NCBI GenBank assembly: GCA_963848295.1
Contig: CAWKDB010000010.1
Location: 3,328,001 to 3,392,000 of the forward strand
Reading direction: 5' to 3'
Length of the DNA stretch: 64,000 nucleotides
From: an uncultured delta proteobacterium
GTDB taxonomy: Bacteria > Myxococcota_A > Polyangia > Haliangiales > Haliangiaceae
This document shows, one piece after another, positions 1-9,187 of the stretch (position 1 is its first letter; every line of letters begins with the position of its first letter). The notes beneath the pieces are model-generated. The model was given only the letters and a program-made list of their open reading frames with translations. It was not told where the DNA came from and ran no database searches. The position numbers and the translations under genes are program-made.

Positions 1-1294
1 GCGCGTCGCCGTCGAAGTCGATCGCATTCGTCGACGCGGGATCGGCCCTGTCGATCGCGGGTGAGCCTGCGCCGAGATGGAAGTTGGTGGCGCCGACGAA
101 CTGCGGGTCTCCGACGAGGTTGTTGTTCCCGGCCAGCAAGAGCGTGTCGGCCAGTGAGTAGTTCGCCGCACAGGTGGTGCTGACCGCGTTGCCCGCGAAG
201 ATCGAATCGGCGAGCGTCCCGCCGAGACCACACTCGGCACCGGGATCGACGCTGAGGTCACCGCCGGCTTGATTCTCCGCGACCGTGTTGAACGCGAACC
301 GGTTCGTCGAGCCGATCGAGGCGTTCAGCAGATCTACCCCGGACGCCTTGGTCGTCGCCCCGCCGTTGAGCGTGATGAAGCTGTTCGTGATGTCGTAGAG
401 CGCGGAGGCGCTGACTCGGATTCCGCCGCCGGCGTTGTTCGTGATCTGCGAACGCTCGATGACCAGCATGCCGCCCGCGACCATCACGGCCGGCTCCGCC
501 GCGCCGCTGCCGTGAACGATCGACTGGACCAACTGGACGGTGCTGCTGCCAGCGCAATCGATCGCGCCGGTCTTGCTCGACTGGATGTCGACGTTGTAGA
601 GCGCGAGTGAAGCACCGCCTTGAATGCGGACGTCCTCGGTCGACGCCTCGGCGAACGTGACGCCTTCGACGACCACCGAGCCGGTGCGGACCTCGATCAC
701 GTGATCGTACGTGCCACCGTCGCTCGTGAACAGGAACGTCGCGTTGCCGCCGGGGCCGGCCACGTTGCCGCTCGTCTTGGCACCCGCACCCGAGATCAGC
801 ACGTTCGCTGGACCTTCGATGATGAACGAGTCGGAGTACGTGCCGTCGCCGACCGCGATCGCATAGCGCGTGGCATCGACGAGCGTGATCGCGTGCGACA
901 CGGTTGCGCACGGATCGGCCTGATCGCACGTCGCGTTGTCGACACCTGCGGCCGTGACGAACAGCGAGGAGCTCGCGGCGATACACGTACCGGTCGACTC
1001 CGAGCACACTCCGCTGGCGCACTCGATATCGCCGAGACACCCGCGGCAGGCGCCGGTCGTGGCGCAAACCGGCGTCGCGCCGTTGCACATCGAGTTGTCC
1101 GTGCACGCTGGTACGATCGAGTCGCTGCCGGTCCCGCCATCGCCGAGCGACGCGGAGGTCACGCACGTGTCGGACAGCGGATCGCAGACCAGGCCGCTCG
1201 GGCACGTGCCGTCGATCGAGCACGGGGCTCCCGCGGCGGGTACGCCGCTGTAGCACCCGCACACCACCGCGAGTCCGACGAGGACAGCCCTCAC
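1..1294 (-). CDS. Cys-rich lipoprotein with right-handed beta-helix and C-terminal choice-of-anchor Q-like motif (3' end runs off window)
   Basis: Not in the ORF track because no stop lies in the window. Manual translation from GTG 1294: MRAVLVGLAVVCGCYSGVPAAGAPCSIDGTCPSGLVCD..., Cys-rich repeats, and near the window edge ...GDPQFVGATNFHLGAGSPAIDRADPASTNAIDFDGDA. Confidence 0.8.
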   Translation of the reverse strand, partial: MRAVLVGLAVVCGCYSGVPAAGAPCSIDGTCPSGLVCDPLSDTCVTSASLGDGGTGSDSIVPACTDNSMCNGATPVCATTGACRGCLGDIECASGVCSESTGTCIAASSSLFVTAAGVDNATCDQADPCATVSHAITLVDATRYAIAVGDGTYSDSFIIEGPANVLISGAGAKTSGNVAGPGGNATFLFTSDGGTYDHVIEVRTGSVVVEGVTFAEASTEDVRIQGGASLALYNVDIQSSKTGAIDCAGSSTVQLVQSIVHGSGAAEPAVMVAGGMLVIERSQITNNAGGGIRVSASALYDITNSFITLNGGATTKASGVDLLNASIGSTNRFAFNTVAENQAGGDLSVDPGAECGLGGTLADSIFAGNAVSTTCAANYSLADTLLLAGNNNLVGDPQFVGATNFHLGAGSPAIDRADPASTNAIDFDGDA

Positions 1295-1360
1295 CGTGCC
1301 ACGATAACACGGGACGAGGTGGCGATTCGCAACTACCAAAGCGTGGCATGCTCCACAGCC

Positions 1361-1813
1361 ATGAAACGGATCTTGTTGTTAGTCCTCGCGCTCGGGGCGT
1401 GTGGTCAAAGCGCAGAACCCAAGACCGCCGCCATGGCGCCGAAGTCGTGCGACAACGTCGCCGATCACGTCGTCTCGCTGATGTCAGCGTCGGCGAAATC
1501 TCCGGAAGATGTCGATCCATTCCGCCGGATCATCGCGAAGCGCTGCAGCGAAGACGCGTGGAGCGCAGACGCGCAGCAGTGCATGCTGTCGATCAAGTCG
1601 CTCGACGAAGGCAACGCGTGCGAGAAGCAGCTGACCGAGGCGCAGGCAAAGGCGTTCGAGGCCGACACGCAGACGGCCGCTGCCAAGCTCGGCGGTAGCG
1701 CGCCGCCGCCGCCGAGCGCCGCTACCGCACCCGGTGATCCGCCGGCGGCACAACCGGCGATGGCCAAGCACAAAGCGGCGAATAGCAGCGACCCCGACGA
1801 AGGCGGCGACTGA
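1361..1813 (+). CDS. Small Cys-containing lipoprotein
   Basis: MKRILLLVLALGAC lipobox, 4 further Cys, Pro/Ala-rich tail; C-terminal part of ORF 620..1813. Confidence 0.75.
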   Translation: MKRILLLVLALGACGQSAEPKTAAMAPKSCDNVADHVVSLMSASAKSPEDVDPFRRIIAKRCSEDAWSADAQQCMLSIKSLDEGNACEKQLTEAQAKAFEADTQTAAAKLGGSAPPPPSAATAPGDPPAAQPAMAKHKAANSSDPDEGGD

Positions 1814-1831
1814 GCTGGCGAGCGAGGAGCC

Positions 1832-2284
1832 GTGCGAGCGGTCGAGATGATCGTCGCAACGATCGCCGCGACGGGTTGTGCGGCGTCGCACGTACAGGCT
1901 CCGCGGGTGCCGCGGACGCGACCGACGATCGCCGTGCTCGGGATCGAGGCGGCCGACCGAGACGCTGCGGTCGCGCGCGAGCTCACCGCGGCGTTGCGCG
2001 CCGAAGCCGCATCGCCTCGATCGCGCTATGCGTTGGCGCCACATCGCGAGCGCGAGCTGGCGGAGATGAAGGACCTCGCGAACTGCGCGAACGAGTCGGC
2101 ATCGTGTATGGCGGACATCGGCGCCGACCTCGAGGTCGACTTCATGATCTACGGTCGGCTCGACCACGGCACCGTCAAGCTCGAGCTTATGGATGTGGCC
2201 AAACGGTTCAATCGACGCGCCATCACGGTGCCGATCGCACCCGCCGGGCCGCTCTACGCGCGGCTCGGCGCCACCGTCGATTGA
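1832..2284 (+). CDS. Putative lipoprotein, hypothetical; stop codon lies inside the first copy of the 57-bp repeat
   Basis: ATIAATGC lipobox-like; PTIAVLGIE...C..ESASCMADIG.DLEVDFMIYG resembles the N-domains of myxobacterial surface proteins. Confidence 0.6.
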   Translation: MRAVEMIVATIAATGCAASHVQAPRVPRTRPTIAVLGIEAADRDAAVARELTAALRAEAASPRSRYALAPHRERELAEMKDLANCANESASCMADIGADLEVDFMIYGRLDHGTVKLELMDVAKRFNRRAITVPIAPAGPLYARLGATVD

Positions 2285-2482
2285 ACCGCGTCGCCATGCG
2301 GCGTCGCTGCTGGCGGCGGGCAAGCCGCCACCGTCGATCGAACCGCGCCGCCATGCGGCGTCGCTGCCGGCGGCGGGCAAGCCGCCACCGTCGATCGAAC
2401 CGCGCCGCCATGCGGCGTCGCTGCCGGCGGCGGGCAAGCCGCCACCGTCGATCGAACCGCGCCGCCATGCGGCGTCGCTGCC
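2270..2482. repeat. Tandem array, ~3.7 copies of a 57-bp two-hairpin unit
   Basis: Unit gccaccgtcgatcgaaccgcgccgccatgcggcgtcgctgccggcggcgggcaagcc starts at 2270, 2327, 2384, 2441. Confidence 0.95.
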
Positions 2483-2537
2483 CCCGCCGTCGAGTAATCC
2501 TTTCGCGCGCTGACGCTAGCGTGCTAGGTCTGGCGCT

Positions 2538-4718
2538 ATGTCGGCCGTCGCGCGAGCGCTGTTTTCGTACCGCCCATACTGGGCGGAGCGATTCGGTACG
2601 GCGACGTTCCTGCCGACGACCCGCGCCGAGCTGGACGAGCTTGGCTGGGATAGCTGCGACATCATCCTCGTCACCGGCGACGCGTACATCGATCATCCGA
2701 GCTTCGGCATGGCGCTGGTCGGACGCTTGCTCGAGTCGCACGGCTTTCGAGTCGGCATCCTCGATCAACCCGGGTGGCGAGACCCGGATACGTTTCGCGC
2801 GCTCGGTCCGCCAAATCTATTTTGGGGCGTGACCGCCGGCAACATGGATTCGATGGTCAATCGCTACACCAGCGATCGCAAAGTGCGCTCGGACGACGCC
2901 TACTCGCCCGATGCGCGCGCCGGCCTGCGCCCCGACCGGTCGGTGCTGGTCTATACGCAGCGCTGTCGCGAAGCGTTCCCGGATCAGCCGACGCCGGTCG
3001 TGATCGGCGGCATCGAAGCGAGCCTGCGACGAATCGCGCACTACGACTACTGGTCGGACAAGGTGCGGCGCTCGGTGCTCGCGGAGTCGCGCGCGGACTT
3101 GCTCGTCTACGGCAACGCCGAGCGCGCGATCGTCGAGCTCGCTCATCGCCTCGCAGCGGGCACGCCGATCGGCGAGGTCCGCGATCTGCGCGGCACGTCG
3201 TATCTCATGCCGGCGGGCGCGAAGACCGGCGACTGGGTCGAGGTCGACTCGTCGACCGTCGACGCGCCGGGCAAGGTCGATCCGCCGCGCGATCCGTATG
3301 CGACGGAGGACGAGCGCAAGGCGGCACCGTGCGCGACCGGACAAACCTCCGCACCCGCGCCGCTCGTCCAGCTGCGCCCGCGCAAGGTCGATCGTGCACG
3401 CCAAGTCATCAGGATGCCGAGCTTGGAGCAGGTCACTGCGGATCCGGTGCTGTACGCACACGCGTCGCGCATCCTTCACCTCGAGTCGAATCCGGGCAAC
3501 GCGCGCGCCCTCGTGCAACGCCACGCCAAGACCGACGTCTGGATCAACCCGCCGCCCGAGCCCCTGACCACGCCGGAGATGGACGCGCTCTACGAGCTGC
3601 CTTTCCAGCGCATCCCGCACCCGCGACATCAGGCCGCGAAGATCCCCGCGTTCGAGATGATCAAGCACTCGGTGACGATCCTGCGCGGCTGTTTCGGCGG
3701 CTGCAGCTTCTGCTCGATCACCGAGCACGAGGGCCGGATCATTCAGAGCCGCTCGGAGCAGTCGATCTTGCGCGAGGTCGCACAGATCCGCGACAAGGCG
3801 CCCGGGTTCACCGGCAACATCAGCGACCTCGGTGGCCCGACCGCGAACATGTATCGGATGGCGTGCAAGAGCCGGGAGATCGAGGCCGCTTGCCGCAAGC
3901 CGTCGTGCGTGTTCCCCGACATCTGCGACAACCTCGGCACCGATCACACGCCGCTCGTGTCGCTCTATCGCAAGGCGCGCGCGATTCCGGGCGTGAAGCG
4001 GATCTTCATCGCATCCGGCGTGCGCTACGACCTCGCGGTCCGCTCGCCCGAATGGATCCGCGAGCTCGCGCAGCACCACACCGGCGGCTACTTGAAGATC
4101 GCGCCCGAGCATACCGAACAGGGCCCGCTCGAGCACATGATGAAACCGGGCATCGGCGCGTACGATCGCTTCAAAGAGTTGTTCGACCGATACTCGAAGG
4201 AAGCCGGGAAAGAGCAGTACTTGATTCCGTACTTCATCGCCGCGCACCCGGGCACGACGGATGAAGACATGTTGAACCTCGCGCTCTGGCTCAAGCGCAA
4301 CGGCTTCCGACCAGACCAAGTGCAAGCCTTCCTGCCGTCGCCGATGGCTAGCGCGACCGCGATGTATCACACGGGGTTCTCCCCGCTGCGCTCGCTCAAG
4401 GCCAGGCGGCGCGTCCACGTCGTCAAAGACCTCGCGCAACGCCGGCTACACAAGGCGTTCTTGCGCTACCACGATCCGAACAACTGGCCGATGCTGCGCG
4501 ACGCTCTGCAGCGCATGGGTCGCGCCGACCTCATCGGCGGCGGCAAGAACCACCTCGTGCCGGCGTGGCAACCCACTCACACTGGCTCGGGCGCGAACGC
4601 AAGCCGTGGCCAGTCGCGCGATGGCGCCGACGGCGGCGGCGAAGGTCACCGACGCAAGATCCGCAAGGGCACCGCGTTGACCCAGCACACGGGTTTGCCA
4701 CCGCGCAAGCACCGCTGA
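2538..4718 (+). CDS. ygiQ: YgiQ (UPF0313) family radical SAM protein
   Basis: [39 protein letters not shown] (CxxxCxxC), YFIAAHPG motifs. Confidence 0.92.
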   Translation: MSAVARALFSYRPYWAERFGTATFLPTTRAELDELGWDSCDIILVTGDAYIDHPSFGMALVGRLLESHGFRVGILDQPGWRDPDTFRALGPPNLFWGVTAGNMDSMVNRYTSDRKVRSDDAYSPDARAGLRPDRSVLVYTQRCREAFPDQPTPVVIGGIEASLRRIAHYDYWSDKVRRSVLAESRADLLVYGNAERAIVELAHRLAAGTPIGEVRDLRGTSYLMPAGAKTGDWVEVDSSTVDAPGKVDPPRDPYATEDERKAAPCATGQTSAPAPLVQLRPRKVDRARQVIRMPSLEQVTADPVLYAHASRILHLESNPGNARALVQRHAKTDVWINPPPEPLTTPEMDALYELPFQRIPHPRHQAAKIPAFEMIKHSVTILRGCFGGCSFCSITEHEGRIIQSRSEQSILREVAQIRDKAPGFTGNISDLGGPTANMYRMACKSREIEAACRKPSCVFPDICDNLGTDHTPLVSLYRKARAIPGVKRIFIASGVRYDLAVRSPEWIRELAQHHTGGYLKIAPEHTEQGPLEHMMKPGIGAYDRFKELFDRYSKEAGKEQYLIPYFIAAHPGTTDEDMLNLALWLKRNGFRPDQVQAFLPSPMASATAMYHTGFSPLRSLKARRRVHVVKDLAQRRLHKAFLRYHDPNNWPMLRDALQRMGRADLIGGGKNHLVPAWQPTHTGSGANASRGQSRDGADGGGEGHRRKIRKGTALTQHTGLPPRKHR

Positions 4719-4782
4719 TCGCACGAACTAACGCGCGGCGCACGGCGCATCCGAGCGTTGCCCGTCGGCCGCCCGGATTATT

Positions 4783-4798
4783 GACTGAACGTTCGTTC
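4783..4798. promoter_or_regulatory. Putative TetR operator, copy 1 (imperfect palindrome)
   Basis: gactgaa-cg-ttcgttc followed by gataaa; near-copy of the 4906 site. Confidence 0.5.
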
Positions 4799-4905
4799 GA
4801 TAAATGTCTGAAAGCCATGAAAGATACGACGCGCGTGAGGGGTCGTCCAGGTCTCGAGCAAGAAACCGCGTGACAGCGCCGAAGCTGCGAGCTACAACAC
4901 AAATA

Positions 4906-4921
4906 GAATGAATGTTCATTC
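4906..4921. promoter_or_regulatory. Putative TetR operator overlapping the first ATG of tetR
   Basis: Perfect inverted repeat gaatgaa-tg-ttcattc followed by gataaa. Confidence 0.65.
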
Positions 4922-5738
4922 GATAAAATACGCAACGGGTCGGACCGCAACGGGTCGGACCGCAACGGGTCGGACCGCAACGGGTCGGACCGCGACGGGT
5001 CGGACCGCGACGGGTCGGACCGCGACGCGGCGGACCGCGACGGGGCGGACCGCGACGACTAGAGCGCGAGCGACGGCGGAGCGAGTGAGCCCGGCAACGC
5101 GAGGACGACCGCGGGTCGATGACAAGCGGCGGCGGATCTTGGATGCGGCGCTGCGCGTGTTTGCCGACCGCGGCTATCACGGCACGGCGGTGCCCGAAGT
5201 GGCAGAGGCTGCGACGGTTTCGACCGGGACCCTCTATCACTACTTCGCTTCGAAAGAGCGGCTGGTCAACGAGGTGTATCGCGATGCGAAGACCAGGCTC
5301 GCGACGGCGCTGCTCGGTGATCTGCCCGCGCCCGACCCTTATCAGCTCGACGCTGGCGAGGCGTGGTTCGCCGAGCTGTGGCGCCGGCTCGGAGCCTTCG
5401 CGGGCCGCGAGCCCGATGCGTTTCGGTTTCTAGAGATGCAAGACCACGCGCCGTACCTCGACGCCGAGAGCAAACAACTCGAGATCTCGGTGCTCGCTCC
5501 GCTGGTGCTCGTTGGTAACCGACTGAGCGCGCGCGGCGACGACGCGCTGCCGGTCGATGTCGCGATCGCGCTGTTGTGGGGCGCGTTCGTCGGTCTCGTC
5601 AAGGCGAGCCGGCTTGGCTATCTGAAGCTCGACGCGAAACGGCTCGAGCGCGCGGGTGTTGCGTGCTGGCGAATGCTCGCTCCGCAGCTGCCGCGCGCGA
5701 CCGGCCGCAGTAGTTCCGCACAACCTCGTAAAGGATGA
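4908..5738 (+). CDS. TetR/AcrR family transcriptional regulator (alternative start GTG 5085)
   Basis: RGRP...ILDAALRVFADRGYHGTAVPEVAEAATVSTGTLYHYFASKE HTH. Confidence 0.9.
   Translation: MNVHSIKYATGRTATGRTATGRTATGRTATGRTATGRTATRRTATGRTATTRARATAERVSPATRGRPRVDDKRRRILDAALRVFADRGYHGTAVPEVAEAATVSTGTLYHYFASKERLVNEVYRDAKTRLATALLGDLPAPDPYQLDAGEAWFAELWRRLGAFAGREPDAFRFLEMQDHAPYLDAESKQLEISVLAPLVLVGNRLSARGDDALPVDVAIALLWGAFVGLVKASRLGYLKLDAKRLERAGVACWRMLAPQLPRATGRSSSAQPRKG
4931..5057. repeat. 15-bp tandem repeat, 8 copies plus a partial copy (RTATG peptide if translated)
   Basis: cgcaacgggtcggac x4, cgcgacgggtcggac x2, then diverged copies. Confidence 0.95.
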
Positions 5739-5742
5739 TCGC

Positions 5743-6300
5743 ATGACCCAACTCGCTACGTCCCATGTCACCACCGCTCGCCCGCCGTTTACCCTCGATG
5801 CGCTCGCGCGGCTGTCACACGACGCGCTCGATGCGCTCTATCGCAGCGCATCGGTGTCGACGACCATGCGTGCCGCCGATGGTGCGCTCGTCGGGCGCAT
5901 GCTCGCGGTCAAGGGCTTACCGGCTGCGCTCGCGAAGCCGTTGCGACGCTGGACCGGATCGCCGTCGTTCGTGTGGGAGGGCAAGTCGTTCGCGTCGACC
6001 AGCGATACCCGCGGGACCGGGATCAACCGCGTGAATGGCGCGGCCGTGCTCGGCCGCCAAACGCTGTTCGCGTTCGATACATCGTTCGGCCCGTCCGCGA
6101 TCGACGGCAAGCCGACGCTGATCCTCGACTACGACCTCGCGGTCAACCCGAGCTACATCCGCCACGTTCACGACGAAATTCGTGAGGTCTCGCCCGGGGT
6201 GTTCCTCGGCCCGGCGATGTGGAAGACCGCGACGAGCAAGCGCATGGTGCTGTGGTTCGCACTCGACGCCGCGCGCGCGGCGCGGTCGAGGCCGTCGTGA
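5743..6300 (+). CDS. Conserved hypothetical protein
   Basis: aagga RBS then MTQLATSH...; WEGKSF, GINRV, LDYD..NP, DEIREVSPGVFLG; co-oriented with tetR and SDR. Confidence 0.7.
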   Translation: MTQLATSHVTTARPPFTLDALARLSHDALDALYRSASVSTTMRAADGALVGRMLAVKGLPAALAKPLRRWTGSPSFVWEGKSFASTSDTRGTGINRVNGAAVLGRQTLFAFDTSFGPSAIDGKPTLILDYDLAVNPSYIRHVHDEIREVSPGVFLGPAMWKTATSKRMVLWFALDAARAARSRPS

Positions 6301-6402
6301 CCCCTGGCTCCGCGCTCGACTCGGCACGTGCCGGCCGGTCGAGGTCATCGTGAGCCAGGGCCACGCGCTGTGCGCGGTGCGTGTCGTTCCGTCGAGGACG
6401 TC

Positions 6403-7191
6403 GTGACCATCGCGGTCCAGGGCTACGACCATCTGCTGATCACTGGCGCCGCCGGAGCGATCGGTAGTGCGCTCGCCCGCGCGATGCACGCAGCATGGCC
6501 GCGCTGCGAGCTCGCGCTGATCGATCGCGATGGCGACGCACTGGCGGCTCTCGCGCGAGAGCTCGGCGGGCGAGCGAGCGTTCACGCTGGGGATCTACGC
6601 GACCTCGACGCGCTGCCAGCGATCGTCGCCGCGATCGAGCAGACGGCGCCGGTCGACGGACTCATCAACTGCGCCGGCGTCATGAAGGTGCAACACGTCT
6701 CGACGTGGCGGTGGAGCGACGCTCGCGACCTGATGACGATCGACCTGCTTGCTCCGCTGCGGCTGCAGGATCTCGTCGTGCGCGGCATGATCGAGCGCCG
6801 TCGGGGCGTGATCGTCAACGTCGCCAGCATGGCGGGGCGAGTGCCACTACGCGGCGCCGCGTACTACGGCGCATCGAAGGCGGGGCTCGCGATGGCCTCC
6901 GAGATCGCGCGTGCGGATCTCGCGCCGCACGGCGTGCGCGTCGTCACGGTGTATCCTGGGCCGGTCAAGTCAGCGCTGGAAGCGGGCGCGCGCGCGGCCT
7001 GGGGCGGCGGCGGCATCTTGGGACGCCTCGCCCGCAGCGGTGAACCGGACGAGCTCGCGCGCCGGATCATGAGGGCGATCGCAGTCGATGCGCCGCGCGT
7101 GATCTATCCGCGGCTCTATCGCGCAGGATGGGCCGCCACGAACCTCGCGAGCTGGTTTGCGCTGTCGTACGGCCCGCCGCCGATCGCTTGA
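6403..7191 (+). CDS. Short-chain dehydrogenase/reductase
   Basis: TGAAGAIG, INCAG, NVAS and YGASK catalytic motif; gagga RBS before GTG 6403. Confidence 0.9.
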   Translation: MTIAVQGYDHLLITGAAGAIGSALARAMHAAWPRCELALIDRDGDALAALARELGGRASVHAGDLRDLDALPAIVAAIEQTAPVDGLINCAGVMKVQHVSTWRWSDARDLMTIDLLAPLRLQDLVVRGMIERRRGVIVNVASMAGRVPLRGAAYYGASKAGLAMASEIARADLAPHGVRVVTVYPGPVKSALEAGARAAWGGGGILGRLARSGEPDELARRIMRAIAVDAPRVIYPRLYRAGWAATNLASWFALSYGPPPIA

Positions 7192-7367
7192 TCGCGCGCG
7201 CCGGTGGCTGCCGCGGGCTCGCAGCGATCCCGATCGCGCGCGCCGGTGGCTGCCGCGGGCTCGCAGCGATCCCGATCGCGCGCGCCGGTGGCTGCCGCGG
7301 GCTCGCAGCGATCCCGATCGCGCGCGCCGGTGGCCGCCGCGGGCTCGCAGCGATCTCGATCGCGCGC
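7190..7367. repeat. 42-bp tandem repeat, 4 copies plus a partial copy
   Basis: gatcgcgcgcgccggtggctgccgcgggctcgcagcgatccc at 7190, 7232, 7274, 7316. Confidence 0.95.
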
Positions 7368-7373
7368 ATTGCC

Positions 7374-7562
7374 GGCGCGATCGCTGATCACGGGCTGCGG
7401 CGGCCCTTCGCGATCTCGGCGCGGTCGCTGATCACGGGCTGCGGTGGCCTCCGCGATCTCGGCGCGATCGCTGATCACGCGCTGCGGTGAGCTCCGCGAT
7501 CTCGGCGCGATCGCTGATCACGCGCTGCGGAGGCTTCCGGCGTCTCGACGCGATCGCTGATC
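7374..7562. repeat. 43/44-bp tandem repeat, 4 copies plus a partial copy
   Basis: ggcgcgatcgctgatcacg(g/c)gctgcgg...ccgcgatctc at 7374, 7418, 7461, 7504, partial at 7547. Confidence 0.9.
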
Positions 7563-7763
7563 GTACGCGCCGTCGACCGCCGCGGTGTCGGAGCTCTCGT
7601 TGATCGAGCCGGACTCGAGCGCGACGGCATGCGAGCCTCCCGGGAGCGAGTCTCGAGATCGGCTTGACCGCGCAGGTGCTTGATTGCTTGACGTGGCCGG
7701 CGGACATCAGCGCACATCGGGCCTGTCTTGCCCGAGATCCGCTTGATATCCTCGGGCCTTCGC

Positions 7764-9179
7764 ATGGGAGAACCCTTCGCAACGCCCGAGGACGACGATG
7801 GGGTCGCCCTCGGGAGCGTGCTCGACGGCCGTTACCGCATCGATGAGGTGATCGGCATCGGCGGCATGGGCCGGGTCTATCGCGGCGAGCACACCGGCAT
7901 CGGCCGCGCCGTCGCGATCAAGGTGCTCCACGCGGATCTCGGCCGCAACAAGGAGGCCGCACAGCGGTTCCAGCGCGAGGCGCTCGCGTCAGGTCGGCTC
8001 GATCATCCGAACATCGTCGGAGTCAGCGACTTCGGCACGATCGAGCACGTCGGGCTCTACCTCGTGATGGAATCTCTCGAGGGCGAGCCGCTGGGCGATC
8101 GCCTCACCCGCGAGCGCACGATCCACTGGCTCGAAGCGATCGAGATCGCGCGCTACGTGCTGACCGGCCTGCGCCATGCCCACGATCGCGGCGTCGTCCA
8201 TCGCGACATCAAGCCGGACAACATCTTTCTCGCGCGCAAGGACGGCGATCAGATCATCAAGATCCTCGACTTCGGGATCGCGAAGCTCTACGCCGGGTCG
8301 ACCGAGGATCCCGCGATGACACGCGCCGGGCTGACGGTCGGGACGCCCGCGTACCTGTCGCCGGAACAAGCGGTCGGCGGCTTGATCACACCGGCCTCGG
8401 ATCTCTATTCGATGAGCATCGTGCTGTACGAGATGCTGACCGGCCGCGCGCCGTTCGAGGACAAAGATCCGCTCGCGATGCTGACCGCGCACGTCAGCCG
8501 CGAGCCGCCCGCGATGAGCGACATCGCACCTGCCATCCAACTACCGCCAGGGCTCGAGGATGTCGTGCGCCGCGGCATGGCGAAGATGGCGGCGGAACGG
8601 ACGAGCTCCGCGATCGAATACATCGCTGAGCTCGACGCGGTCGTCGAGGCCGCCGGGTTCGCGCGGCCCAACCGCGACGCGCGCGAAGCCAGCGGCTCGC
8701 GCACGAGGGCGACCGCGACTCCCGCGGCCGCGGTGCCGGCGGTGGCGCCGGTCGAGCCCGCGCCGGCTGCGCGTGCCCAGACCGCCCCGGTGCGCGCGCC
8801 GGTCGGCGAGTCGGTCTCGAAGAAGCAGTTGGTCGTCGGCGGCATCGTGCTCGTGCTCGCGCTGTTGTTCGCGCTGATCTTGCTCGCGTGGCGCAACGGT
8901 CGCACGCAGCACCCCACGCCGGCCGACGGTTCGGCGGCTCCGATCGCGAGTGTCCCGGCTTCAGCTCCGTCGAGCGATGCCGAGCGCGAGCTGCGCATGA
9001 AGGCCGCGCTGCACGATCTCGAGGACAGCAAGTCGTGCGCCGACAAGAGAGCCGCGGTCGCGACGCTCGACGAGCTCGCCGATGCGCGCGCGGTCCCCTC
9101 GCTGAGGGCGCGTGCCAAAGATGCGTGCGTGAAGACCGAGGTCGAAGCGTTGCTCAAGAAGCTGACAACGCCAAAGTAG
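7764..9179 (+). CDS. Membrane-anchored Hanks-type Ser/Thr protein kinase
   Basis: GIGGMGRVY, VAIK, HRDIKPDN, DFG, GTPAYLSPE; TM helix LVVGGIVLVLALLFALILLAW; C-terminal Cys pair. Confidence 0.93.
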   Translation: MGEPFATPEDDDGVALGSVLDGRYRIDEVIGIGGMGRVYRGEHTGIGRAVAIKVLHADLGRNKEAAQRFQREALASGRLDHPNIVGVSDFGTIEHVGLYLVMESLEGEPLGDRLTRERTIHWLEAIEIARYVLTGLRHAHDRGVVHRDIKPDNIFLARKDGDQIIKILDFGIAKLYAGSTEDPAMTRAGLTVGTPAYLSPEQAVGGLITPASDLYSMSIVLYEMLTGRAPFEDKDPLAMLTAHVSREPPAMSDIAPAIQLPPGLEDVVRRGMAKMAAERTSSAIEYIAELDAVVEAAGFARPNRDAREASGSRTRATATPAAAVPAVAPVEPAPAARAQTAPVRAPVGESVSKKQLVVGGIVLVLALLFALILLAWRNGRTQHPTPADGSAAPIASVPASAPSSDAERELRMKAALHDLEDSKSCADKRAAVATLDELADARAVPSLRARAKDACVKTEVEALLKKLTTPK

Positions 9180-9187
9180 GCGTCGGC

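Noticed and set aside
258..1520. Long Arg-rich alternative-frame ORFs here and across the window (e.g. 55683..58397, 60142..62103)
   Set aside because: Shadow ORFs of high-GC coding DNA; recognisable genes occupy other frames.
4583..4640. Gly-rich segment [19 protein letters not shown] in the YgiQ tail as a second in-frame element
   Set aside because: Only one copy in the window and no similarity to the 57-bp unit; needs a genome-wide search.
2270..7562. Tandem arrays as CRISPR arrays
   Set aside because: Units are contiguous with no unique spacers, and no cas genes are present in the window.
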